A DNA stretch of 64,000 bases from Candidatus Bathyarchaeota archaeon (lineage in GTDB: Archaea; Thermoproteota; Bathyarchaeia; Bathyarchaeales; Bathycorpusculaceae), in contig CAWHVC010000004.1 of the NCBI GenBank assembly GCA_963832745.1, positions 32,001-96,000 of the forward strand. Direction: 5' to 3'. A program made the position numbers and the translations under genes. The notes beneath the pieces were generated by a model. The model did no database searches. It saw only the letters and a list, made by a program, of their open reading frames with translations, and had not been told where the DNA came from. This document shows, in pieces, positions 39,651 through 50,868 of this stretch (within the stretch, counting starts at the first letter, position 1; every line of letters starts with the position of its first letter).

Positions 39651-41470
39651 TTAGTGACTATTTTTTTTAAGCCAAACAAGAACTGTAACGGCTGCAAATG
39701 CTGAAACTGAAATTATAACGATGATAACCCAAAAAATTGTTTGTTCAGGCGGCGAAGGTTCGTTTGGTGTGCTGGTTGGTATCAGGCTTGTTGTAGGCTC
39801 AATAGTCTATACTGCTATCTATTGTTATATTATCTATTATTTTGTGTGGCGTTTCTTGGTTGCCTGCGTAGTCTTCGCTCCAGTATTCCAGTTTATTTGC
39901 CCCTTCCAAATTGATGTATGGTTGCCCGTTTATAGTGACTGTTTGAGTTGGGCCATCATTAATTTTGTAGTAAATTTCAGCTACGCCGCTTAGGTCGTCT
40001 GTGGCTGTTAAATTTATTGTGAAAGCTGTAGTGTGTGTTTTTCCGTCATAGTTGTCCACTGTAACTGGTGCTTCTGTGTCAAGCGTTACCGAAACGGTTT
40101 GGCCGATGCTGTCTTGGAAGCCAAAAGCATCACTTACTGCAAGATTTACGTTGTAAGTTCCTTCTGAAGTGAAAACATGCTCAACCGCTGGAGAATCAGT
40201 TGTTAGGGATGTTGTGCCATCACCGAAATTCCACGTGTAACTGGTGAATCCGGTTGCTCCACCAAAACTTGCTGATGCATCAAAAACTGTGCCGCCGCCA
40301 ACATAAGCTGAATGTGGCGTCCACGAGAAGATGGCGTTGAAATTGCTTGGTGTAGCGAAAACTGCGGCTGAAGCGTTAACTAATCCGTAACCAAAAAATA
40401 TGTCTCTATCCGAACCGTCGGCTGGCTGTAAATCAACGGCTGTTGTGTCTAAAATGTTTCTTACTTGAATGTTTGTTAACGAGGGGTTTTTAGCCCAAAC
40501 AAGTGCTGCAGTGCCTGATACGTAACCTGTTGAATAGGATGTTCCAGTGCCCCAATAAGTTGTGTTGGTTAAACCTATTGAATACACATTTTCTCCTGGC
40601 GCCGCAAGCTCAATTTCTGGACCGCAGCATGAGTCTTCAAGGCGTCGATTGTTTTCTTTAACTGCTGATACAGCGATTACTGAATCGTAGCAGGCTGGGC
40701 ATCCGACTCCTGTTAAGATTTCGCCTATGTTTCCTGCTGCGCCAACTAGCAAGAGTCCTCTGCTATAAGCCGTGTCAACAGCTTGTTTTAAAGCATAGTT
40801 TTCGTCGATAAGGTTCCAACTCATCGATATGATTTGCATGTCGTGGTCTATTGCCCACTGTATTCCCAAAATTGCCTGATTCAAGTTGCCGACGCCTTCA
40901 TCGTTTAATATTTTTACAGCATAAATCTGCGCGTTTGGGGCAACCCCGGCGGCTCCTAAAGCTGAACTTGATGAAGTAGCAATTATTCCCGCTACCATTG
41001 TGCCGTGGCCATAAACGTCGTTTGTATCTAAATTGTTATCAATAAAGTTGTAGCCGCCATAAACTGTTAAGTCATTGACTGGACCGACGCCTGAATCTAA
41101 AACTGCGACTTTGACGCCTGCACCTGTGCTTTGGCTCCACGCTTGGGGTGCTCCAATATTTTCAATTGCCCAACGTATAGTACCTGATGCTTGTATCTGA
41201 CTGTTTTCCGTTATGTAAGCTATTTGAGAATTTTCTTTTAACTGTGCTACTGCAGTTTTGGGTAAGATGGTGTGAACTGCTGGAATAACATTGTAGACTT
41301 CAAGTATTACGTGCGCCTTTGCTGGTTAGTAATTCAACGTTTGGTGTACCGTTAAAGCCAACTATTGCATCTACGGTTTGGGCTGTTGAACCTGATGCGG
41401 GAGAGCTTGCGAAGGCACCTAAAAGAATACATGTCAAAAGTAAAATAGCGGTGCATTGCTTGTTTTTCAT
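39651..41470 (-). CDS. Membrane-anchored S8 subtilisin with PKD domain (frameshifts near 41315 and 39800)
   Basis: Signal MKNKQCTAILLL at 41470; VAVLDSG, GHGTMVAG and GTSYS triad motifs; FDASAS..WNFGDG PKD; other-frame tail ..EQTIFWVIIVII..LKKNSH* at 39651. Confidence 0.85.
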
Positions 41471-41586
41471 CAGGTTCCCTTTTTGTCCTAACTAACCACT
41501 GTAGCGATTTAAGTTTTGCCACATTGCGTTAAAAGTGAAGGTTTTATTTTGGGAATCAATGTTCTATACTGGTTGGGGACCTGAAA

Positions 41587-41829
41587 ATGAAGTTTGCTGA
41601 ACTTGCAATTTTGCTAAGAGAAATCGTTGACAGTTGCCCAGGTCTAGATGGTAGCACTATTTCTTTGATACCGCAAAAAGCAATGTACCACCTGTACACT
41701 GGATACCATATCGTGATTAAAGATTCAATTAGTCAAGATAGCATGGGCTGTTTAAGAAAAATTGTTGAAGGACATGATTTAATGATGAAAATCAAAATAG
41801 ACTCCATTGTTATCTATGAACCAAGGTAA
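41587..41829 (+). CDS. Small hypothetical protein
   Basis: ATG with GGGG SD-like sequence; 80 aa; globular composition. Confidence 0.6.
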   Translation: MKFAELAILLREIVDSCPGLDGSTISLIPQKAMYHLYTGYHIVIKDSISQDSMGCLRKIVEGHDLMMKIKIDSIVIYEPR

Positions 41830-41860
41830 TCAGGTTAAACGTTTAAGGGGTAATTATGCT

Positions 41861-42739
41861 GTGAATGAAACTGGCAAGCTGGAAAATTTAACTAAAGTAA
41901 AAATCACAAATTTAGAAAAAATGCTTTACCCCCAAATCGGCGTTAAGAAAGCCCAAGTAATCGAATACTACATTTGGTTAGCCCCTAAAATTTTGCCCTT
42001 AATCGCAAATCGCCCACTGGTTCTAACAAGGTACCCCAACGGCATCCAAGGCTCAGTAAGTTTCTTTGAAAAAAACGCTCCCGAAGGCAAACCTGACTGG
42101 GTAAAAACAGTTCCCCTTTATTCAGAAACCAGCAAACGCGAAGTTGACTACATCATATGCAATGATCTTGATACGCTAATTTGGCTGGCAAACCTTGCTG
42201 CACTTGAAATTCACATGCCTTTCGCCAAAGTCGCCAATCGAGAGCAACCTGACTTTTTGTTTTTTGATGTTGACCCTGAACCGCCAGCAACGCTTGGTGA
42301 TGGTGCTGAAGTGGCGCTTTTGCTTAAAGACAAGCTTTGCAGCATGGGGCTTGAACCGTTCATTAAAACTTCAGGCAAGAAGGGTTTGCATGTAATTGTT
42401 CCAATTGTTGAGGGCTGCACGTTTGAGCAGACGCGCTCCTTTGTGCATAAAATCGGTGTTGAATTAGCTAAAGAGACTCCTCTTGTAGTTTCCGAGTTTA
42501 AGGATACCAAGAAGCCCGGTAAAGTGTTTGTTGATTACTTGCAGAATTCTCAAGGTCGAACAATGGTGATTCCCTACAGTTTGCGTCCTACCCTGCAGGC
42601 GACGGTTTCTACGCCGCTCGAATGGGCTGAGGTCAAACGGGGACTTAACGCAGAAGAATACACCATCAAGACAGTTCCAGAACGTAAATATGACCCTTGG
42701 AAAGAAATTTTTAAGAGAAAAGCCAAACTGCCCGTCTGA
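41861..42739 (+). CDS. NHEJ primase-polymerase (stand-alone LigD Pol domain)
   Basis: TNLEKMLYP, RYPNGI, FFEKN, FDVDP, KTSGKKGLH, VDYLQN, PYSLR, VSTPLEW. Start GTG 41861 (ORF track gives 41807). Confidence 0.92.
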   Translation: MNETGKLENLTKVKITNLEKMLYPQIGVKKAQVIEYYIWLAPKILPLIANRPLVLTRYPNGIQGSVSFFEKNAPEGKPDWVKTVPLYSETSKREVDYIICNDLDTLIWLANLAALEIHMPFAKVANREQPDFLFFDVDPEPPATLGDGAEVALLLKDKLCSMGLEPFIKTSGKKGLHVIVPIVEGCTFEQTRSFVHKIGVELAKETPLVVSEFKDTKKPGKVFVDYLQNSQGRTMVIPYSLRPTLQATVSTPLEWAEVKRGLNAEEYTIKTVPERKYDPWKEIFKRKAKLPV

Positions 42740-42813
42740 GAGTTTGGGGCAAAATTTTTTAATAATCGTAAACTTCGCTATTAATCAGTATCAGACTTTC
42801 TGGATGTGTTAAT

Positions 42814-44007
42814 TTGCAGTATCGTGTAGTTCCAAAAAATGGTGATAAACTATCTGTGCTCGGCTTTGGTTGCATGCGTTTACCCTTAAATGGGCAAGCC
42901 ATTGATGAGTCGCGTGCTATAAAACAAATCCGTCTTGCAATCGATAACGGCGTAAATTATGTTGACTCCGCGCCGCCCTATCACGGTGGAGAAAGCGAAA
43001 AAGTCCTTGGTAAAGCCCTGCTCGATGGTTACCGCGAAAAAGTAAAAGTAGCAACCAAACTCACCCCTTTCATGCTTAACAAGGCTGAAGATATGCAGAA
43101 AATGCTTGATTTGCAACTGCAAAAACTTCAAACCAACCACATCGACTACTATTTGGCTCACGGGTTAGATGAGGATTCTTGGCGTAAAATGCAGGATTTT
43201 GGTGTGCTAAAATTTTTAGAGAAAGCAAAAGCTGACGGCAAAATCGTTAACATTTGCTTTTCTTTCCATGGAACGCTTGAAACTTTCAAGGAAATCGTTG
43301 ATTCTCACGATTGGGTGATGTGTCAAATTCAATACAACTTTTTAGATGAGCATTTTCAGGCTGGCACGGAGGGTTTAAAGTATGCTGCTAAAAGGAATCT
43401 TGCGGTTGTGGTTATGGAGCCACTGCGTGGCGGGTCATTAACCTGCAAGGTTCCACCAGAAGTGAAGCAGCTTTATGACGCTTCAAACGTTGGCTGGTCT
43501 CCGGCTGAATGGGCGCTTCGTTGGGTTTGGAATCATCCTGAAGTTACGTTGGCGCTTAGCGGCATGAATGATGAAGCCCAAGTAGTGGAAAACATCAAAA
43601 TCGCAGAGGCAGCGTTGCCAGGCAGCATGACACCTGACCAGTTGGCTTTAATCAAAAACGTTCAAGTAACCTATAGGCATCTTAGGCAGATTCCCTGCAC
43701 TGGGTGTGAATACTGTATGCCCTGCCCTCAAGGAGTAGATATCCCTCGCAGCTTCAGCGTTTACAATGATTACTGCATGTTCGGTGACGAACAACAAGCT
43801 CGTGCCTCCTACGCGTTTGCTTTATTGGGTGCTTTTGGAGGTGAACGGTCTGATGCCACACTTTGCAAGGACTGTAAACAATGCGTGGAACGTTGCCCAC
43901 AGCACATTAATGTTCCGGGGGAGCTCAAGAAAGTTTCTGACACCATTGGCGGTCAAAAAACAGAAGCAATCGCTGCTGCCATAAAAAGTCAACACAAAAA
44001 ACCTTAA
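42814..44007 (+). CDS. Aldo/keto reductase with C-terminal 4Fe-4S dicluster
   Basis: LGFGCMRLP, IDYYLAH, QIQYN, MEPLRGG, CTGCEYCMPCP, CKDCKQCVERCPQ. Confidence 0.9.
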   Translation: MQYRVVPKNGDKLSVLGFGCMRLPLNGQAIDESRAIKQIRLAIDNGVNYVDSAPPYHGGESEKVLGKALLDGYREKVKVATKLTPFMLNKAEDMQKMLDLQLQKLQTNHIDYYLAHGLDEDSWRKMQDFGVLKFLEKAKADGKIVNICFSFHGTLETFKEIVDSHDWVMCQIQYNFLDEHFQAGTEGLKYAAKRNLAVVVMEPLRGGSLTCKVPPEVKQLYDASNVGWSPAEWALRWVWNHPEVTLALSGMNDEAQVVENIKIAEAALPGSMTPDQLALIKNVQVTYRHLRQIPCTGCEYCMPCPQGVDIPRSFSVYNDYCMFGDEQQARASYAFALLGAFGGERSDATLCKDCKQCVERCPQHINVPGELKKVSDTIGGQKTEAIAAAIKSQHKKP

Positions 44008-44055
44008 CCATTTTTATTTTTTCCTTTTTTTGTTTTAGAAAGCGTTAAAACCATC

Positions 44056-44958
44056 GTGAACAAATACTTTAATGGTCAAGCCTTTAAGCTTGAGGTTGCA
44101 GTTTTTGAGGTGACATTTTTGGGTTTAGAAGAACAAACTCGTGAAGATGCTGGGTCTGAGGAAAAGCAGGTTAGCGCTAGTGTTCCAAGGCGTTCAATTT
44201 GGTCGGGAAGTATAACAATTGGGCTTGTTAATGTTCCTGTAAAGTTGTATTCGATGATTTATGATAAGGGTGTTAGTTTCCATTTTCTGCATAAGACTGA
44301 TGGGCAACCTTTGAAATACGTGAAAATGTGCACCAAGGAAGAAAAAATTGTGCCTTGGAATGAGGTTGCTCGGGGCTATGAAGTCTCAAAAAACGAGTAT
44401 ATTCTCTTTGACAAGAAAGAGCTTGATGCTGTAAAACCTGAATCAGACAGGCGCATACGCATCAGCAAATTTGTTGACTACTTTAGTGTGGACCCAATCT
44501 ATTTTGACCGCACGTACGCTTTGATGCCTGACAAAAGCAAGGATGCCTACAACCTGCTGCTGACGGCGCTTGAGAAGAAAAACAAAGCTGGGGCAGGACG
44601 CATTACTTTGCGAACCAAAGAGTACCCAGCGTTACTGCATACTTACAAGGGCGCTCTTGTTTTAACCACTTTGCGCTATGCCTACGATGTAGTTAACCCT
44701 CAGGATTTCGAGGAAATCCACAAACTCAAAGAACCTGAAAAAGCTGAACTTGATTTAGCAGTAAAAATTGTAACAGACCTTAGCGGTGAGTTTGATATAA
44801 CGGAGTTTGAGGACACTTACCAAAAGAAGGTTGAAGCTCTTGTTGCCCAAAAAATGAAGGGTGAAAAAATAACTGTTGAAAAGCCTCCTGAAGAAGAAGC
44901 TAAAGGTCTCATGGTTGCATTGCGGGAAACTCTTAAGCAGTTGGAAAAGCAGAAATGA
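44056..44958 (+). CDS. ku: Ku protein (NHEJ)
   Basis: RSIWSGSITIGLVNVPVKLY, RGYEV, DPIYFDRTY, FEDTY, LMVALRET. True start probably ~44110-44120. Confidence 0.93.
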   Translation: MNKYFNGQAFKLEVAVFEVTFLGLEEQTREDAGSEEKQVSASVPRRSIWSGSITIGLVNVPVKLYSMIYDKGVSFHFLHKTDGQPLKYVKMCTKEEKIVPWNEVARGYEVSKNEYILFDKKELDAVKPESDRRIRISKFVDYFSVDPIYFDRTYALMPDKSKDAYNLLLTALEKKNKAGAGRITLRTKEYPALLHTYKGALVLTTLRYAYDVVNPQDFEEIHKLKEPEKAELDLAVKIVTDLSGEFDITEFEDTYQKKVEALVAQKMKGEKITVEKPPEEEAKGLMVALRETLKQLEKQK

Positions 44959-46399
44959 GCCGTCATCGCCACCTGTATAAGCCGATGCTTGCCAAAGTTG
45001 CAGAGAAACCGTTTTCTGGTAAAGACTGGGTTTTTGAAATCAAATGGGACGGATTTCGCGCAATCGCTTATGTTGAGGAACCGTTTAGTGTTAAAAGCCG
45101 TAACCAGAAAGAGCTTAAACAAAACTTTCCCGAACTTGAACAGCTAAAGCATTTGGCGCGTGGTCTTGTGGTTGATGGAGAAATTGTTGTGATGAAAAAT
45201 GGTAAGCCAGATTTTCAATCGTTGCTTGAGCGTGGGCAAGCTGTTTCGTCGCGTGAGATTGACCGGCAAATGGGTCGGGTGCCGGCGGTTTACATTGTTT
45301 TTGACGTGTTGGAGAAGGATGGCGAAAGTTTGACTGGGTTGCCGTTGGTGGAGAGGAAACGGGTTCTTAAAGAGTCGCTTACTGAAGGCTCTAATGTGCT
45401 GTTGTCTGATTTTATCGAAGAGAACGGTGAAGCTTATTATCAGCTTGCGTTGGAACAAGGTTTAGAAGGAGTCGTCGCTAAACGTAAAGACAGCCTTTAC
45501 GAGGAGGGTTTGCGGACTGGTAGTTGGCTGAAAATTAAGCAGTTAAAAACTTGTGACTGCATTATTTTCGGTTACACCGAGGGCGGTGGGGTGCGGGGAA
45601 AAACTTTTGGTGCTCTGCTGCTTGGAGTTTATGATAAAGAGGGAAAACCAGTTTATCTTGGTAAGGTTGGAACAGGTTTTAGTGAGCAAACACTTGGAAC
45701 GTTAATGGATAAGTTTGAAAAAGTTAAGACTGATGCTGAACCGTTTAAGTCTGACGTGGGCGATGTTGTAACGTGGCTAGAGCCCAAACTGGTTTGTGAA
45801 GTAGGCTATCAAGTTTTGACGCATGATTTTAAGCTGCGTATGGCACGTTTCCATAACCTGCGTGAAGATAAAGCGCCGGAAGACTGCACAATTGACCAAT
45901 TCATGGAAGCCAACCCCAAACAGGTGCCAGCAAAGGCTACTGGCGAAAAGCTGTCTGAGTACAAGTCAAAACGCGACTTCCTTCAAACCAGCGAACCCCC
46001 ATGCGGAAGTAGAAAGAAACTGGTGGTGCACCCATTTTTGTTGTTCAGGAGCATCATGCAAGTCATCTTCATTGGGATTTTAGGTTGGAAAGCGGTGGTG
46101 TTTTGAAAAGTTGGGCTGTTCCTAAAGGTGTTCCAGAGGACACGAAACAGCGGCATCTTGCTGTGGAAACTGAGGACCATCCGTTGGAGTATGCAAATTT
46201 TGCGGGCACTATTCCCGCGGGTCAGTATGGGGCTGGGACAGTTATTATTTGGGATAAGGGGCATTACTCAGTTAAGGAGTGGGAGCAGGACAAAATTGAA
46301 GTGGTTCTTGATGGTCAACGCCTAAAGGGACGCTATGTACTGGTGCGGCTTAAGCGTGGGGATGCTAAAAACTGGTTGATGCTTAAAGGAAAAGAGTAG
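44955..46399 (+). CDS. ligD: NHEJ ATP-dependent ligase fused to a 3'-phosphoesterase (frameshift near 46000-46020)
   Basis: EIKWDGFR, DGEIV, FDVL, EGVVAK, WLKIK, then LSEYKSKRDF..EP. The other frame gives FVVQEHHASHLHWDFRLE..LKSWAVPKG..EDHPLEY..YGAG. Confidence 0.88.
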
Positions 46400-46401
46400 C
46401 C

Positions 46402-47163
46402 ATGGCGGTTTATGCTGGGACGATTGGGTGGAGCTACAATTTCTGGAAAGGCTCTTTCTATCCAGCTAAACTTGCCAACAATAAACTTCTCTCTTATTAT
46501 GCAACCCAGTTCAACACGGTAGAGGTTGACAACACCTTTTACCGTATCCCAAACCCTCAAACAATGCTAAACTGGAAACAACAAACCCCCAGCAACTTCA
46601 TCTTCGCCCTAAAATTCCCCAACCTAATCACGCATGTAAAGATGCTCAAGGACTGCCAAAGAGAAACAGCCCTTTTTCTTGAACGTGCACAGTTGCTTAA
46701 AGAAAAGTTGGGTCCAATGTTGTTACAGTTTCCGCCCAGTTTTGGTGAGGCGCATTTTTCTGATTTAGAGGCTTTTTTGGCTGGGTTGCCGCGGGATTTG
46801 CGGTTTGTGGTTGAAGTGCGAAACAAAAGCTTGCTTAATGAACGCTTTTTTGAGGTTCTAAAAAGCAATAATGTTGCGCTTGCTTGGGTAGACAGCCCCA
46901 TAATGCCGCCGACTTTGGAGTTGACTTCTTGTTTTGCTTATTTGCGTTTGGAAGGTGACCGTGGAAAAGTAAATGGTTTGCTTGGCAAGGTTGAGGTTGA
47001 CCGTTCAGCCGACGTTAAGGGTTGGGCTGAAAAACTTGCGCCATTCAAAGGGCGAGGAGTTGGGGTTTTTGGGTATTTTGGCAAGTTTTATTCTGGTTTT
47101 CCACCTTTGGATGCTCGGCGTTTTTTGGAAGATTTGGGTGTTGGTTACCAGACTCTGCTATAA
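46402..47163 (+). CDS. DUF72 (YecE-like) TIM-barrel protein
   Basis: GT.GWSY..W.G.FYP, FNTVEVDNTFY, ITH, LLQFPPSF, VEVR, YLRL.G. Confidence 0.9.
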   Translation: MAVYAGTIGWSYNFWKGSFYPAKLANNKLLSYYATQFNTVEVDNTFYRIPNPQTMLNWKQQTPSNFIFALKFPNLITHVKMLKDCQRETALFLERAQLLKEKLGPMLLQFPPSFGEAHFSDLEAFLAGLPRDLRFVVEVRNKSLLNERFFEVLKSNNVALAWVDSPIMPPTLELTSCFAYLRLEGDRGKVNGLLGKVEVDRSADVKGWAEKLAPFKGRGVGVFGYFGKFYSGFPPLDARRFLEDLGVGYQTLL

Positions 47164-47352
47164 TCAGTTGTGTTTCTGCGTGTTTTGCTTCTTTTTTAGC
47201 TATGACTATTTTTTTTAATTGAATTAATTTTTTGTATGGACACTTTATTCATACATTTATTGTTAAAAAATTATTTGTAAGTAGGTTAATACTTACTTTA
47301 TTTAAGCTGTGATTTTGACAAATTATATAAGCAAAACGTGTCAATGTGCATA

Positions 47353-47426
47353 CTTTGTTGAGAGTAGCGCTATCAATTGTCTGGCTTCAGCGTTAGGCTA
47401 GACAGTAGACGAAGCTTTCTCAAAAG
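47353..47426 (+). promoter_or_regulatory. Long imperfect hairpin in a probable 5' leader
   Basis: TTGAGAGTAGC pairs with GCTTTCTCAA; TGTCTGGCTT pairs with AGGCTAGACA (G-U pairs). Lies between TTATATAA (~47323) and SD AAGGAG. Confidence 0.5.
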
Positions 47427-47442
47427 GAGAGATTAAAACAAA

Positions 47443-50006
47443 TTGGAAAATAAAATCAAAAAAATGTCGAGACAAAAACTGATAACAGCGTTAATAATAC
47501 TGCTTTTTGCTTCTTCAGCAATTATTGCCTTTGATGCTCAACCTATACAGGCTCAACCTTCAGCTCAACAACCAACCATTATAGTGCCTGCAGGTACTAC
47601 TCCTGAAGTAAATGCTGAAACAATTGCACACCTTAGCTTTAGGCCAAGAATTGTTGGTGTAAACCAACCTGTTCTTGTGAACATATGGCTTCAATCAGTT
47701 ACTTTAGGTGCCAACTACAAGTATACCCAATCATACAAGGTTACAATAACTAAACCTGACGGTTCAGAAGAGGTATTTATTAAAGACTCATATGTGGCAG
47801 ACGCGACAGCATGGTTAGAATATACACCAAAAACAACAGGGACTTACAGCATAAAATTTGACTTCCTTGGTCAATTCTTCCCCAACGGAACCTACTTTGA
47901 AGGTGTAAACTATGATAGCGTAGCAGCAATCGGTCCTTACACGGCAGGACAATTTAATAGACCCGCATATTTCCGTTCAACATACTACCCGCCTAGTTCT
48001 GATGGTCCATACACTCTTGTAGTTCAGGATGATGCAGTTCAATCTTGGCCTTCAATGCCACTACCAACGGATTACTGGACAAGACCTGTTACAACACACA
48101 ATCGTGACTGGTGGTCAATTCTTGGCAATTATCCCTCCACAGGCATCGTCGGAGGTGGCGATTACTGGCCAGCAGACACTAACACTTACGCTCAACCAAG
48201 ATACGGTTACTTGCCCTATGTTGTCGGACCTAAATCTGCACACGTAGTCTGGAAGCAACCCTTCAATATCGGTGGACTTGTCGGAGGAGATATGGGACAA
48301 CAAACAATCTGGGAAAGCGCCAGAGTCATCTACGGTCACCCAACACTAATCTACTCAGGTAGAGCATACTGGACAACCACAAAAGTAGTTGACGGACAAA
48401 CACAAAGCGTTTGGCAGTGCTATGATTTAAGAACCGGCGAAGTATACTGGGAAAAATACCCGGCTGTGCAAACACCAACTTTCCTCATTTATGATGCAGG
48501 TACCTCAGAAATTGCTGAAGCAGAACCGCACCTAGCCACAGTGTATCTTGGATACATGGGTAATGGATTCTTCATTAAATATGACCCATGGAACGGCAAC
48601 ATCATTGGTAACTACTCAACCGCCCCAATAACGTCAGCTAGCACATACTTTGCTGAACCCTACGCTTATGGTATACAAACTATCGGGTCTGGCTCAACTG
48701 CTCAACGTCAATTAATCAAATGGACAACTGCCGGAACAAGTAACGATTTCAGTACACGCATAATCAGCAATGTAAGTTGGCCACTTAGCAGTCTACCTGC
48801 AACAGTTGATTATGAAGCAGGTTTAGCTGTCAGCGCGTCTGCTTCAAGTATCCTTTCCTACAGTCTTGAAACAGGAAAACTTGTTGCCAATATTACTACC
48901 GGAATGGCTTATGGCACTGAAGGAACACCCGCTCAAGTAGATCACGGCAAAATTGCACAACGCTATAACGACGGTTACTGGCATTGCTGGGACTTAAGAA
49001 CTGGACAATACCTGTGGAAGAGTGAATTGTCAAGTTATCCATGGGGCACTTTTGGAACTTATGGCTCATGTAGTTACGGCGGTATGATAATGTCTAATCA
49101 ATTCGATTCAGTTACAGCACTTAACTGGACTAACGGCAAAGTTGTCTGGTCTTACTATGATCCTGCTGCTTCACCATACGAAACACCCTACACGGCAGGC
49201 AACGAAACAGTTAACCCATGGCACGCTTGCGGAATGATTGCTGATGGTGTTTATTACACAATGAATGCTGAGCACTCAGCTGATATGCCAATCAAACGAG
49301 GTTGGAGAATGCATGCAATAAACATAACCACTGGCGAAAACATCTGGAGCTTTGCGGGAACCCAATCAGGCTCAACTGATGGTTCACGTGTATTCCAAGG
49401 AGCAATCGCTGATGGATACTTAGCCTACTCAGACGCTTACACCTGCATGGAGTATGTAATCGGTAAGGGTCAAAGTCAAACAACCGTTACAGCCCCAGAC
49501 GTTGATGTTTCTATAGGAAGCGGCCTAATGATTAAAGGCACAGTTCTAGATCTGTCACCAGCACAACCCGGAACCGCCTGCGTCTCTAAAGACTCAATGA
49601 CCACCGTTATGGAAAGCATACACTTACAATTGCCAATCAGCGGCATCTATAACAACGAAACAATCGTTGGTGTTCCAGTTTCAATTGATGCTGTTGACCC
49701 TAACGGAAACCCAATACATCTTGCAACAATCACATCTGACGGATACAGCGGCACTTTCGGCTACAACTGGAAACCAACCATGGCGGGACAGTACACTATA
49801 ACTGCAACTTTTAGTGGAGACGATTCATACGGTAGCTCTTTTGCAACAACCTACGTTAACATAGTTGAAGCACGCAACAACATCAACACCAGCATCTACA
49901 CAGCTAATCACAATGCCACCCATACGAAATCTACACCATCGGAACAGGCTTAGCAATAATCATAACCGTAATTGCTGTTGGTTTATTCTTAAGAAAACGC
50001 CCATAA
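47443..50006 (+). CDS. Secreted PQQ-like beta-propeller protein with C-terminal TM (frameshift near 49870)
   Basis: Repeats CYDLRTGEVYW, CWDLRTGQYLW, ALNWTNGKVVW, AINITTGENIW; other-frame tail PYEIYTIGTGLAIIITVIAVGLFLRKRP* at 50006. Confidence 0.85.
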
Positions 50007-50191
50007 AATCATAATCTACACACTCTTTTCTTTTTTTGGCAACTCCATTTCTGTACTGTCTCAAATGTTAACATACTCAGACATACCAAAAGACATTTTC
50101 AAAGCAACCATTTTTATTGCTTAAGTAAGTATATGCAAAAAATTATGATTATCTTAAAATAGTTTCCTGGGGCGTGAAATTTCGTAATAGC

Positions 50192-50266
50192 ACCTACCCC
50201 TTAGAGATTTTCTTAGCCCCCTCCTATCTCTACTGCATTGTTTGGGTCTTAGGCTCCAAATAGGTT
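50192..50266 (+). repeat. Dispersed element, diverged copy
   Basis: ACCTACCCCTTAGAG..CTGCAT..TTAGGCTCCAAATAGGTT. Confidence 0.65.
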
Positions 50267-50373
50267 GATTCGATTTTTCTATTGGGTTGTTTGGTTTTTT
50301 TTGTTAGAAACATCTTTAAATAAAAGTAAATAATTATGTGTTTATAATAAAGCGATAAAGCAGTTGGTAACCA

Positions 50374-50868
50374 ATGAGACAAACGTTCACAATAACATCA
50401 CCCTTAAGCCAGACACAAAAAACCGTCTGGCAAATGATAACCCAAGGATTACCAATAACAACAATAGCAGAAAAACTCCATACCACCCGCCAATTCGTAA
50501 ACCAAACAAAAATCTCTGCAGAAGCAAAACTCTCCACAACCCTAATGGATATAGCTCAAGCAAACGATTTCCAAGTCACCAAACTGTACTCCCAACAAGG
50601 CATGCTCTTAGGCTACCATCCTGTACTGAAACGCAAGGCTATTCTCACGTACAGCACCAATTATGGCATAAAAGTGTGGTACTGGCACAACAACGCCGAA
50701 GAAGTCACAAACGAAGAATTCCTGCACCAAACACGCGTATACCTGCTCGATGTTGCCAAAGAAAGAGGCATAGAAATCCAAGACGCAGAAAAAATGCATC
50801 CCGCCAAACTGGCAACCATAATTTTTTCCAAACTAATGCCTGACGCAGGCCTAGGTGACCAACAATGA
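50374..50868 (+). CDS. Putative HTH transcriptional regulator
   Basis: LSQTQKTVW..GLPITTIAEKLHTTRQFVNQ HTH; ATGA-coupled to the ABC ATPase. Confidence 0.7.
   Translation: MRQTFTITSPLSQTQKTVWQMITQGLPITTIAEKLHTTRQFVNQTKISAEAKLSTTLMDIAQANDFQVTKLYSQQGMLLGYHPVLKRKAILTYSTNYGIKVWYWHNNAEEVTNEEFLHQTRVYLLDVAKERGIEIQDAEKMHPAKLATIIFSKLMPDAGLGDQQ

Noticed and set aside
50364-50843. 159-aa N/R-rich ORF overlapping the HTH gene
   Set aside because: Same-strand out-of-frame shadow. The 50374 frame has the HTH and is coupled to the ATPase.
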